Assembly: GCA_965203295.1 (NCBI GenBank)
Contig: CBDBCZ010000001.1
Coordinates: 1 to 64,000, forward strand
DNA length: 64,000 nucleotides
Origin: Nitrospirales bacterium
GTDB taxonomy: Bacteria; Nitrospirota; Nitrospiria; Nitrospirales; UBA8639
Direction of reading: 5' to 3'
The notes under the pieces are model-generated. The model did not search any database, was not told the origin of the DNA, and saw only the letters and a list, made by a program, of their open reading frames with translations. Of this stretch, positions 26,519-38,304 are shown one piece after another (position 1 is the first letter of the stretch; each line of letters begins with the position of its first letter). The position numbers were made by a program, and so were the translations under genes.

Positions 26519-29500
26519 ATGGAGTTTAAAAGAAAGACAGTATGGGAGATGCTGACGTGGCTTGAGGAGGAAGGATACAGTCAGAAGATACGTGATGTTT
26601 TTGAAGGTGTGATAGTAATACTTGCGCTATGTAACTTACCCGCCCAATGTTTTTGACATTGTGTTCACAACTAGCTATGGTTGATGGTTGCTAGGTTTTA
26701 TTTTCCTTTTTTTATTACAGAGAATGAAGTTGATGGCCATGCTTTCCTTCTGCTGGAAGAGAAAGAACTGGAGTAAGTCATGACTCGTAGTTTAAGCATC
26801 ATATTGATTACTGGATTTCAATTTTAAAAAAAATACTATATCTGTGTTCAATTTAGGATTCTGGTGAAACCCATTGGTGCTAGACTGAAGTTGAGGGAAA
26901 AGCAAGCACAGCTAAAAACCCAACCATCCAAGGTTAATACACACTAAGTTGCAAGTGTAAGCTTCCAGTGGCCACATAGAGTGTTGATGCTTGAGTGCCA
27001 CCTGCAGCACACAATACACTGGTTGAATAACTTTGTTGGTAGTTTACTTTCACTTTGTGGTTATAGGATGATCGTGAACACCAGCCGACTATGGTGGCAA
27101 ACAGCAGTGCTTGTGGGGAGACACTGGATGACTTCACTGTTACGGTGAGACTTGCATTTTGCAGTCTGCACACATGTTAACCTGGTGACCTGGTCTCAAC
27201 ACTTACCATGCACTGCTTAAATTAATTATAGTTCATGGTTAGCCTCGTTCCCAGTCCTTCCCATCCAATTTTTGTCTCATAGCCTTTATTTCACAACTGT
27301 TGAGAAAAGGGAGGATTACGATTTTGTGTAGTGTGTAATGATTGTGTATCTAAACTCAAGGTTGATGACACATCCTGTGATGAAGATGTCCAGCAGTTTC
27401 ACTCGGACTACAAACAGGTAAATAATGTGTTTCAGTTAGTGTATAACTTGTTTCGGGTCTTACTGGTACGTAACATCTTCTGTAGCCTATCGGAGATGAT
27501 GTAGAGTTTGATTCTTCTTTTGACGATGATGAGGGTTGTGTTTCATCAACACCTCGTTCTGAACAACAAGGCATGCAACAAGTAGGTTTTTCATACTAGG
27601 CTTACGTGTATTTTAGAATGTGTATTGTAATAATCATACATTGTGAACTCATCAAGAGAAGAAAGCTTTCTGAGAGAGTAAAGAAATCCCGAAAAATTGG
27701 GACCCAGCTGGGGATTGAACCCAGGACCTTCTGAATACTAGTCAGATGCTCTTACCAATTGAGCTACTGGAGCCCCCTTGGCAGAGGAGCAGTAGGCAAG
27801 CTTTATAGAGCCACTAAACCCGATAGTAGCACTTGCCAGTAGGACCCAGCCAATTCCAACTGTAATTACTCTCTCATTATAGGCCTCTCCCCCATCTAAA
27901 CACGAGAAACGTGCTACACCCAAACTTTAAGTATGATGGATACTGCAATTACCATGTGTACATTAGTCTCTAAAAAATTTGCTTATTTTTGGTATACACC
28001 CGTTTACCTTCTCTATATATAGCCATCCGAAAGTGTTTCAGTGATCGAAACTTCCTCTGATGACGAAAAGGGTGACGAGTATCCCACCGTGTATTCACAG
28101 CCAAAAGCCCAAGGGATGCAACAAGTAAGTTTTTGTATGTAATGTACACTATACGTTAATTGCTTGGTGGATGAAGGACATTGTGGTGGAAAGCCAGGCT
28201 CCTGGCCTGCTGTCTAGCATACTGTACATACATGTAAGCGAAGCTATATCCATACTGTTTGTGCTGTAGGAAAACTGCTATGACAATCTGACAACACATG
28301 CGTGCTTGCTTCAGCTTACCCACGAAATACTCTTATGTGCACTGGTGTTAATAGTATGCATGGCCAACACGTTCATGTGCATAAATTGTATACCAAAATT
28401 AGCCTTTGTTAAGTGTTCCACTGTTTCTTTTTATATTATAGGATTGCAACACAGTTCCGCAGGAACTTGACAACCCGCCAAAACGTTTCAAAACTGAGGC
28501 ATCAAGCGATACCCCTTCAAAGAAGCTTCAGGCATGCAAAAGAGTAAAGAGGGAGAAGGAAAATGAGCCGCCATTGCCACAGCCGTTTGGGTTGCCTCGT
28601 AACTACCCGAGAATTGTCAAAGACGGAATAGCAAAGGGGTGCTTGACGGGGAGAGCAAGAACCAAGTTCATCTCGACAGTTGCTGCTACAGTTTTCTACC
28701 ACAAGAGCTACCCTACCAAAGATGAGTACACCCATGTTGCTCAGCAGATTATCAAGAACCACCCGTTTATGAACAGTGGAAGAGGGAGTGGCCACGTAAG
28801 TCAACTATTGTGTTCGTATATAACATACTGTGGGTGTGTTGATTTAGTAGATTGAGAGCACTTTACAAATTTAGGTCCTGGCATCCACATTAGTCAGAAC
28901 TAGTGGGCTTTGTCCTTTGTTCTCCTATGCACAGTCTGTATATTTGTTGTGATACCGATAAGTCGTGGCTGTCGTTTGCATGCATGCCACATTTTGGATT
29001 CTACAGTATAGGTACAGTTGCATTACAAACTCTTCGAAGATGATAAGCTTTCTGAGAGAGTAAAGAAATCCCGAAAAATCGGGACCCAGCTGGGGATTGA
29101 ACCCGGGACCTTCTGAATACTAGTCAGATGCTCTTACCAGTGCACTGAGCTACCAGAGCCCCTTGGCAGAGGAGCAGTAGGCAAGCTTTATGTAGCCACT
29201 AAACCCGCTAGTAGGACTTGCCAGTAGGACCCAGCCAATTCCAACTGTCATTACTCTCTCATTAGGCTATCCCCCCATCTCTGAAACACGATGAATGTTC
29301 TACGCCCAAACTTAGTCTCGATCAGTCTTCATGTTAGTTACCTAACCTCACTTTGTATAGGAATACCTAGTACCAGCTCTTCAAGATAAGCTGAAGTACC
29401 TGCGAAACTATCGAGGTGCCAATGAGGAGAAGGAAAAACCGAAGCTGGAAGTAGATAGTAGCAGACAATCCACTGAACGCCCAAGAAAGAGAATTGCCCC

Positions 29501-31086
29501 AAAGCCTCCCACGCTAGTGTCCAGCTTACCAAGAGAAGACGATGCAGCAGTTGAAAGACACCTCAAGTTTCTGCAAAAGGAGGAGAAGAAGCTACACCCA
29601 AACAGGCACGTTGTGTCTGGGCTAATGAGGAAGACATTCCTCTCCCGACGGCAGAAAATCCTTGAAGAATCCATCCCTCTGTCCACCCTCCTCCAGACTT
29701 ATCCCTCCCTTCGTCACTACGATCAAGTAAGTATTAGCAGCACTCTCTCATTGTTATTAGTGTGCTTGTACCCAGGCCTTTCCAGTCCAGACTTCATATA
29801 GCCTGGTCCATTTGATTTTGGGATTACATACATCCATAGGTGATGAACGAACTACTTTAGTTTAATGATCGCCAACAATTTTGCTAAAGAAATTAAATTT
29901 TGTTTGTGTGCACATATAATTATATCTGAATTAGTATACTTCATTTTCAGTTGAAATGAGTGCATATAGACCGAGAATGACTGGACAAAGCCAGTAGCAA
30001 ATTTGTGCCATTAGCTATGTAGCATTTAGACTAGCTACATGTACGTAGTCTGTATAGTATAGGCATACCACATATTTCTTTGTTCTTACATCACGGACAT
30101 TGAGGGAGTGTACCCTGGCCCCCTCCCCCAGTTTTTCTCCTTACGGTTATGAAAATGGCTAGTGCAAGTAAACTTTATCAGCATTGTCAAACTACAAGAA
30201 AACACATGTTATCTTGTATGGGTACAAAGGTAAGGGAAGAGTGCTTAATTTCCATTTATGACCTGTTTGTAGATTATTGCCGAGTTCACTGACATCATGG
30301 GTCAGGATATGTTGGCGGTGTTCCGGGAAAAGTGGGAGACTCTGGAACAGAAGCTGCTAGTCATTGCAGCTGATGAGACAGACAATCATCGGATTCAAAC
30401 GGTGCTGGATCTAGCTGGGGAGAACATGTCGGATGGTAAGTAGAATACTTCATCGCCTCAAAATTTACCATAGACTGTGATGCAGGGTGTAACACTATAA
30501 CTTATATTTCTCTACTTTATATTCTATAGAGTGCAAGAGTATCACAGCCCTGTGCTGTCTCTGCTACTTGCTACCCGATACTAGAAGCAAACCAGATCAT
30601 GAGGCGATCGTGTTTTTCGCTCCAGTAAGTGAAACCCTTCTATAGTTAACTGTGTGCATGGTTACATTCTGATTATTGAGCATCAGATCGCATGACAATG
30701 TAGTGAAACTAGTATAAAAAGCATGCACATGGCAGTGGAGCAGTTAGTCACTCTTTGGTTTTACCCCATTTGTATAGGAAAATGCCAATGTAAAGGCAAC
30801 AGGCAAAGAGCTGAAAGCACCACAGCCCTGTGTCATTATCAGGGGGTGCATGTCGAACCCGAAGGATGCATTTCTGGCAGCCGAAAAGAGTGTCCTATGC
30901 AGAATATCACGAGTTCAAGAACTTGGACTTATTCTACTTGCAAGTTTTTATGTGTTTAATATGCACTACACACATGGCTTTGCCAATTTTTTTACCTTTC
31001 TGGAGTGCATTCTGTTAGATCAGAAAGCACCAAAAGAAAAAACGAGGATAGGACACCTCATGGCACAGCTACAGCACACCATGTAA
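26519..31086 (+). CDS. SAM-domain (SAMD3-like) accessory protein of the EnSpm element (12 exons, ~611 aa)
   Basis: Exons 26519-26606, 26721-26772, 26857-26932, 27067-27144, 27361-27417, 27486-27581, 28023-28124, 28442-28795, 29361-29726, 30273-30435, 30530-30624, 30778-31086; 1836 nt in frame. N-terminal SAM-like WL.EEGYS..IRDVFEENEVDGHAFLLLEEKELEILVKPIGARLKL; later YPTKDEY..VA..II..HPFM, LMRKTF..RR and LLASFYVFNMHY. Confidence 0.85.
27700..27773 (-). tRNA. tRNA-Thr(AGT)-like sequence in a ~280-bp dispersed repeat (27646-27928); probably repeat-derived or a pseudogene
   Basis: GCTCCAG-TA-GCTCAATTGGTAAGAGC-A-TCTGA-CTAGTAT-TCAGA-AGGTC-CTGGGTTCAATCCCCAG-CTGGGTC followed by TTTTT; one acceptor-stem mismatch. 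Confidence 0.6.
29082..29159 (-). pseudogene. Second tRNA-Thr(AGT)-like copy (repeat spans ~29028-29314)
   Basis: Same sequence and flanks as 27646-27928, with extra bases in the D-loop. Confidence 0.6.
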
Positions 31087-31530
31087 TTTCTCTTTTTTTT
31101 TAGAGTTCTGAAGTTTTTTTTATAGTACTGTTCTTTTCTTTGTGTACATGTATGTAACATTCTTTCAGTACATGCAGTATATATATATGAATAATTTGAC
31201 ACTTCATATCACACCACTTCAAGAGTGATAATCACACCAATGCAAGGTGTAAACCTTACACCAAGAGGCGATAGTATAAGTTTCACACTAATTTTTGGTA
31301 TGACCAGTGTGGCAGCAATTTCATACCAATTTTAGTATGAATTTCATACCACAGTTTTTGCAGTGTAGGCCTTAGGGGCCATGCATTGTCTCTATTGCTA
31401 TAAAAGTGCTGTCCTGTATGTCTGAAAAGAGAGAGAAAAGAAAGAGAACTAAGCGCTGCTAAAAAGAATAATAATTATTGCAGTGAAAGAGACGTGTGCG
31501 ATCGCAGAGCGAGAACCCGGCCACAACACA

Positions 31531-31548
31531 TGGGGGCTTGTCCGGGAT
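31531..31548 (+). promoter_or_regulatory. Primer-binding site complementary to the tRNA-Pro 3' end
   Basis: TGGGGGCTTGTCCGGGAT, one mismatch to the canonical PBS-Pro TGGGGGCTCGTCCGGGAT, 2 nt after the LTR. Confidence 0.85.
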
Positions 31549-31643
31549 TCGTCGGTCGCAACTAGCCGCAACGAATTCGAAGCAAGTTCGTGGAGAGCGT
31601 CGACGCCGGGAAAGGCGCGCTCGAGTTGCGGCTCTGAATCGAG

Positions 31644-33599
31644 ATGGCCACGAGACAGGGCCAACTGAGAGAGCAGGTAGCGAGCCTGCGGGAAGAGAAT
31701 CAGCGACTGGAAGGGCTGGTTCGACACCAGAAGGCGGGCGCGAGTCCCGCGGAGAAGGCTAAAACGCCGTACGGCAGCGCTAAAAGTCAGAGCCAGGACC
31801 TGGTGGTAGCGCGGCAAGAGATAATGCAACTAAGAAGCCAGTTCGAGCAATTGCAGCACGAGGCGCAGACAGCTCGAGAGGAACTGGATGCATGCAGTTC
31901 GCCAGCGAGAGGGCGAAGCGATCGAGCAACTTGACCGGTCTCGAGCGGAGACGCTGAACGACAAAAGGGAGGTCGAACGGCTAACAGCGCAAGTTGCCGA
32001 ACTGCAGCGAGGTCTCCAAACGGCCAATGAACGGGCTGCCTTCGCCGAGCAGCAAGCCGAGAGATTCGCCGGTGAACTTCGGCGCAGTCAAGAGGAGGCC
32101 GAACTACAGCAGTTTAGGGCCCTGCATGGCCCTGCAAGAAGAGAAGTGGGAGAGGCGAGAGAAACGCCTGGAGGAGCAACTACAGAGGGTCACAACCCGG
32201 GAGGAGCGCTTGGAGGTCCAGCCGTCCGAAGACAGACGGAGACGGGAAGCTGCATCCAAACCCGCTACAGAACAACCCTGGAAAACGAAGACAGAGGCTG
32301 GTCTGGAACTGGGTACAGCAGGTACCAGCAGTCAACCTCACCCATCGCCTCCACCCCTCATCCACTGTCCTGAAGCCGTAACTCCCAAGGATACAGGTGA
32401 CTCCCAAGAGGCCCGAGGTGAGGGAATTAATAGAGAATCTTGTCAGTTTGCACATACGAGATTCAATAGTTTGACCCCTTAATTGGCATTTACCACCGAT
32501 ACCTGAATTTTCGGGAAACGACCAATCCCCCGGAAGTAACACATTCCAACAATGGCTTGAGCAGTTTGACATGGTAGGTGAGTTGGCACAGTGGCCTAAG
32601 CATATAAAGCTAAAGCAGTTAGCCTTACGCCTTCGTGGGCCTGCTCAAGCCTATATTACCAGACCTGCTGTGAAACACAGAAGCACGACTATACAGCACT
32701 AGTCCAAGCCATGTCAAAGAGATTCATCCCAGTGAGAATACAAGCACTAGAGTGCAGTACATTCCATGAAAGGAAACAAGGCAAGAAAGAATCTGTAGAT
32801 ACATATGCCCAAGAGTTACAGCGGTTGTTTCAAAGGGGCTATCCTAGTGCAGTTCGTGGCAATGCAGATGCCCAGGAGATGGGGCAGGCAGTCTTAAGCA
32901 GTCAGTTTGTTGGGGGTCTGGTTCCAGAAATCAAGAGAAAAATCGCATACCTGGAAGGGGCTACATTCTCGGGAGCTCTGGCAAAAGGCCCGCTTCGAAG
33001 AGGTGCGTCTGCGGGACCTGGAAAGTACCAGTGGATTCCCAAGGAAACCCTATGGGATGGCAGACAGGTACCGAATGGAAAATCCTCTACCCAGACCAAA
33101 TTGGAATCCCAACCCTGGAATAGCAGCCAGACCAATTCCCAATTCTGGATTAGCAGGACAACCCAGTCGGAAAGAAGTCCTTTGTTTCAAATGCCACCAA
33201 CCTGGTCATATTGCCCGGAACTGCCGACATGGGAGGTTGTTTGGCCAAGGTCTGTCTAGGACCAGAGAACCAGAAGCACTCGGTCGACCGCCTACAACCA
33301 AAACAGCTGCTGCGACACCTGCCAACAAGGGTACACAGCTGGCAGAGGAAGCTTCGGAAGAACCGTTAACCTGGTTATATGGGGCACAGCCTGCACAAGA
33401 AGTTGAAAACTTCCCCGGGCCAGGCTCAGACTCAGGCCAGCCCCCCAGGCTGGGCTCTACTCCAAAGCTACCTGTGACTATTGAAGGGAAGCTACCTGTG
33501 ACTATATTGAAGGGATTGAGGTCCAACAAGTCATATCCAAGGCACTATGCAGAAAAATTCTGGATCAACAAGAGGAACAAATTGTCACTCAACCCTTGA
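31644..33599 (+). pseudogene. gag: Gypsy gag, frameshifted: coiled-coil N-terminus, capsid-like region, CCHC knuckle
   Basis: RKQGKKESVDTYAQELQRLFQRGYP and CFKCHQPGHIARNC; pieces lie in several frames. Confidence 0.85.
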
Positions 33600-36500
33600 A
33601 ACACACAGACATCGAATGGCTCAAAATCTTCAATTGAGAAAACCAAGCCTACAGCTACAGGCAATACTGCGGCACACAGTTACCAATTGGTGCAGAAATC
33701 ACCCTACATCTGCAAACAGGAGACTGCCAGACCAAAGGTGTAGCACTTGTGCAAGAAGACACACCTGTAGAATTACTACTAGGCACACATCTCATGCCAC
33801 AACTTGGTGTGCAGGTCCTTGACAGCAAGGGGCACTCTCTGCTGTGTTTACAGTCAACTCAAGAGAAAATCCTTCCTTCCTACCGAACACCTCAGTTCAG
33901 CAAATGTAACTGATTTATTGCAGCCACTGCCAACAGAAGAAAGCAATTCAAGTGCAAGCTTAGAGCATCCTCTGAACTCAACTAAACCTGAACACAGCCG
34001 GAAAGTGCCAGCTTCATGCCAGCTTGTAAGTGGCAGCCGCCGAGCACCAGCCAACCCCAAGGCAGAAGGACATCTCAGAGCAGTTGTTTGATTGGTAAGG
34101 GCCTCTAAATTGCCGGCATGTTCTGGAAAACTGTTATGCGCACAAGCCAAAGCAAGACCAGTCAAGTCTGCAAACACAGCCGGAGCTTCACACCAGCTCG
34201 TAAGTGGCAGCCGCCGAGCACCAGCCAACCCCAAGGCAAAAGGACATCTCAGAGCAGTTGTTCGATTGGTAAGGGCCTCTAAATTGCCGGCATGTTCTGG
34301 AAAACTGTTACAAGCCAAAGCAAGACCAGTCAAGTCTGCATACCCTCAAATATTTGAGCCAAAAAGTTATTTGCACGACAACACTGTCGATATAGCAAGT
34401 TCTATACTGTCACCGAGCAGCAAAGGTCGACTACTCTTACCCGTCGACTACTCTAGCAGCAAAGGTCGACTTACCCGTATTTAACTTCGCTGAGGCCCCG
34501 ACCCGGCTGAAAAGAGGCCAGATACCTTGGCTGGATACAACCAGCAAATGCAATGGAAATAGAGCAGTCACCCTCTATTACACATGCTACATCTCCGAAC
34601 AATGATACAATGGACGCTAGTTTTGTGGAAGCAACAAAGCAACAGCCTAACTCTGGATTTAATTCTGAATGTGAACAAGAAGTCAACAATCCAATCCAGT
34701 CGCAGCCAGCCACAGAGTCTCCCACACCAATTATCAAAGCTGTCACTACCAGTGACAATCCCAGAGATGTGCATAGTCATGGTCATAGTCATGGTCGACT
34801 AGAGAAGCTGAAACCTGACTTGCAACTGAACAAAGCTGCAATTCCTCCAGAACAAGTTGTCACCCTTGAGACCTTTCTGCTTGACAATGCAGATGTGTTT
34901 GCTCTCGACAGCAGTGAGCTGGGTAGTACACAAGTTGTACAGCATTCGTATTGACTACCGACGCCTTAAACTACTATCACCAAACGAGACGCCCATCCGT
35001 TACCCCGCATTGACGACACCCTTGATGCTCTTGCCGGAGCCCAGTATTTCACTACATTAGATCTGGCATCAGGATACTGGCAAGTGGCTATGAATGAGTC
35101 CAGCTGAAAGAGAAAACGGCATTTGTTACCCACTCAGGACTCTATGAATTTTCTGTAATGCCATTTGGACTTTGCAATGCGCCTGCCACCTTCCAGCGCC
35201 TAATGGAAAGTGTCCTTGAAGGATTGGCCAGAAAGCAATGCTTCGTTTATCTCGATGACATTCTTGTGGTTTCCAGCACCTGGGAGGAACACCTCCAAAA
35301 CCTCCACCTAGTTTTGAGAGAGTCCAAAAGGCAGGACTTCGCTTGAAACCGAAGAAATGCTCATTGCACAGCGAACACATACCTTGGACACGTGATCTCC
35401 AAGTCTGGAATAAGCGTTGATTCGCCAAAAGTGGAGAAAATCCAGAACTATCCCATTCAAAAGAGCCTGAAAGCCCTGCGTCAGTTCCTGTGAATTGCAT
35501 CATACTACAGGCGCTTCACGCCTCAATTCTCAGAAATTGCTGAGCCACTTTATGCTCTTACCCGCAAAAATACCCCCTTTGTGTGGACTTCAGCCTGTGA
35601 GAAAGCATTTGAGAGATTGAAGGAGCTACTTACCTCCCCCCCCCCCCCAATACTTGCAACCCAAATTCTAATCGATCCTTCGCACTGGAGACAGATGCGT
35701 CGGCCCTAGGACTTGGAGCAATCCTAGCCCAGGAACAGGCAGATGGGACTGTCAGACCGATAGCCTATGCCAGCTGAACGCTACAGAAACATGAGCGTCA
35801 CTATGGGATCAGTGAACTTGAAGCCCTGGCAGTAGTGTGGGCAACGAAACATTTCCATGCCTACCTGTATGGCCACAAATGTAAAGTGCTAACCGACCAC
35901 TCAGCCTTAAAGTCTTTGCTTAACACACCTCATCCTTCTGAGAAACTAGCCTGTTGGGGACTAGCTCTACAGGAACTCGACCTGGACATTGAGTACCGCC
36001 CTGGAAGACAGAATTCAGCTGCAGATACACTGTCTCGTATTCCCCAAGACAACCCTTCGGAACCAACTGAAACCAACTGTGCTGCAGTTGCTACTTTGAA
36101 ACCGATACCTTCCGAATCTAAAAGAGTCAGAATGGCCAAAGCTGCAAGCAGCAGATAAAGAGTTGGCTGAGATGACTGCATTTATAAAGACAGGAGAACT
36201 CCCTACTCCCTCCAATGCAAAACAAATCATTTTGAAGTCAGCTAATTTCTCCTTAGTTGATGATGTGCTTTACTACACCCAGCCAGATGGTCGTTTACTG
36301 CTAGTAGTTCCCAAGGACCAGAGGCAACAACTCATTCAAGAAGCGCACGGGGGAGTTATGGCAGGACACCTGCGCGAAATGAAATATACAGTCAGCTACA
36401 AAAGCACTACTGGTGGCAAAGCATGCGAGCTGATGTACGAAAGTTGTGTCAGTCGTGTCTGGTGTGTGCTTCTCGCCACGTTGGGTAAGCTCATAAGCCT

Positions 36501-37589
36501 CCACTCTCTCCCATTCCGGTGGCTGGCCCTTTTGATTGCCTTGGAGTCGACACCATCGCAGTGGTGTACATGGACTATTTAACGAAATGGCCAGAAGCAG
36601 ATCAAACAGCTACAACTGTAGCCCAAACACTTGTGGAGGTTCAGTCGCCACGGAGTCCCCACAAAATTGCTATCAGATAGAGGTGCTAACTTCCTATCAG
36701 ACTTGCTGCACGAAGTCTATGTTCTACTGCGGATCAAGAAAATTAATACATCAGCATACCACCCCCAAACTGATGGATTGGTCGAAAGATTCAACAGAAC
36801 ATTGACCGATATGTGAGCCAAGACTGTTGATCAGAGCGGCCGAGACTGGGATAAAAGAATCCCTTATGTTCTGTATGCCTACCGGGCAAGTCTGCAAGAA
36901 TCTACACGAGAGTCCCCATTTTATTTGCTTTATGGACGGGATGCAAGACTCCCTACAGAAGCTACCCCAACCACGGACATGCTACCAAGTCGACCTGGAT
37001 GACTACAAAACAGATCTCGTTTGTAATTTATAAGATGCCTGGAAGCTACAATGCAGAATCTACACGAGAGTCCCCATTTTATTTGCTTTATGGACGGGAT
37101 GCAAGACTCCCTACAGAAGCTACCCCAACCACGGACATGCTACCAAGTCGACCTGGATGACTACAAAACAGATCTCGTTTGTAATTTATAAGATGCCTGG
37201 AAGCTACAAATTACAATGTCTGCCAAGCCCAGAGAAAGCAGAAACAACAGCATGCTAGGAAGGCCAAGTCAAGAGAGTTTCATGTTGGCGATCGAGTATT
37301 CGTTCACATGCCTGGTGATGTTCGTGGCAAAGCTTGGAAGTTTTCCAGACCTTTCCATGGCCCACACAGAATCCTGGAATTAACTCCAACTAATGCAAAT
37401 GTTCGCTTAGTGGACAGACCACAGGATAAACCCATCTTTGTTTCCCTGAGCAGACTGCGAGTATGTCCAGACGAAATCCCCGCTGGAGAGACCTGGTCAG
37501 GCAGGAGGCAGCGACGCCGACGACACAGGAGCAAAGACTACCAAGAAGGGCCACCGATCGGAGACTCCAACCCCAGTAGGGACTACTGA
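33450..37589 (+). pseudogene. pol: Gypsy pol, decayed: protease, RT, RNase H, integrase
   Basis: MPFGLCNAPATFQRLM..VYLDD; ETDAS..GLGA; HFHAYLYG..VLTDHSAL; GVPTKLLSDRGANF..TSAYHPQTDGLVERFNRTL; FHGPHRI. Many stops, frameshifts and deletions. Confidence 0.9.
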
Positions 37590-37698
37590 TGTCTACCTGG
37601 ATGCCCCTGCTGTAACTGATGGTGGAAGCCTAGAACCCAAACCCTGGTCTGGACGGCTTCGACCTCGGCGCGGACGTCGCTGACTGGCCGGAGGGACG

Positions 37699-37973
37699 TG
37701 TAACCCCAGGTTACTGAACACATACTTGGACAATAGATGATGGTACTCATGTATGTTCTGCCCTAAGCCTTGTTTATGATTTATGTATTAGTTGTCGGCT
37801 AGTCTGTTTTGTTAGGCCTTAGGGGCCATGCATTGTCTCTATTGCTATAAAAGTGCTGTCCTGTATGTCTGAAAAGAGAGAGAAAAGAAAGAGAACTAAG
37901 TGCTGCTAAAAAGAAAAAACTATTGCAGTGAAAGAGACGTGTGCGATCGCAGAGCGAGAACCCGGCCACAACA
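37699..37973 (+). repeat. 3' LTR (275 bp)
   Basis: Matches the reconstructed 5' LTR apart from a few small indels and substitutions. Confidence 0.95.
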
Positions 37974-38304
37974 CACCTTTGATCAAACCGAGGTAGAATT
38001 ATCAATAGAATGACTATGAACAGTTGTCATATACTACTGTACTTGTAAAAACAATTACTATCTAATGCCTCCTTGAGTTCAAAATTCAAATTATGTGATC
38101 ACAGGAGCCGTGATACCACTGCTTCCAATTGCCGTTGCATATGATCATTAATTCTGTCTGATTCTACCTTGACCGGCCGAGCCATTGGCCTGCATGACTG
38201 CTTGAGGGAAAATGCATCTATCTTCCCTTCCTTGATGCACTTGAGGAATGAAGGCTAGAAGACTTGTTTAGTGCTTTAATAATTAAGCCTAGCTCTTCAT
38301 GCTC

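Larger units (their letters stand above)
12910..31365. mobile_element. Autonomous-looking EnSpm/CACTA (CMC) DNA transposon, 18.5 kb, inserted in the Gypsy 5' LTR
   Basis: TIRs CACTGCTAAAACTGTGGT... and ...ACCACAGTTTTTGCAGTG. TA is duplicated relative to the uninterrupted 3' LTR (gttttgtTAggcc). TTTCATACC subterminal repeats; transposase and SAM genes inside. Confidence 0.93.
12790..37973 (+). mobile_element. Ty3/Gypsy LTR retrotransposon (decayed), 5' LTR interrupted
   Basis: TG..CA LTRs: 5' copy 12790-12909 plus 31366-31528, 3' copy 37699-37973. 4-bp TSD CACC, PBS at 31531, purine-rich tract before 37699, and gag-PR-RT-RH-INT remnants. Confidence 0.95.

Noticed and set aside
26226..26519. 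N-terminal extension of the 239-aa transposase exon-1 ORF
   Set aside because: It starts at a non-ATG codon and spans the divergent promoter; ATG 26225 is more plausible.
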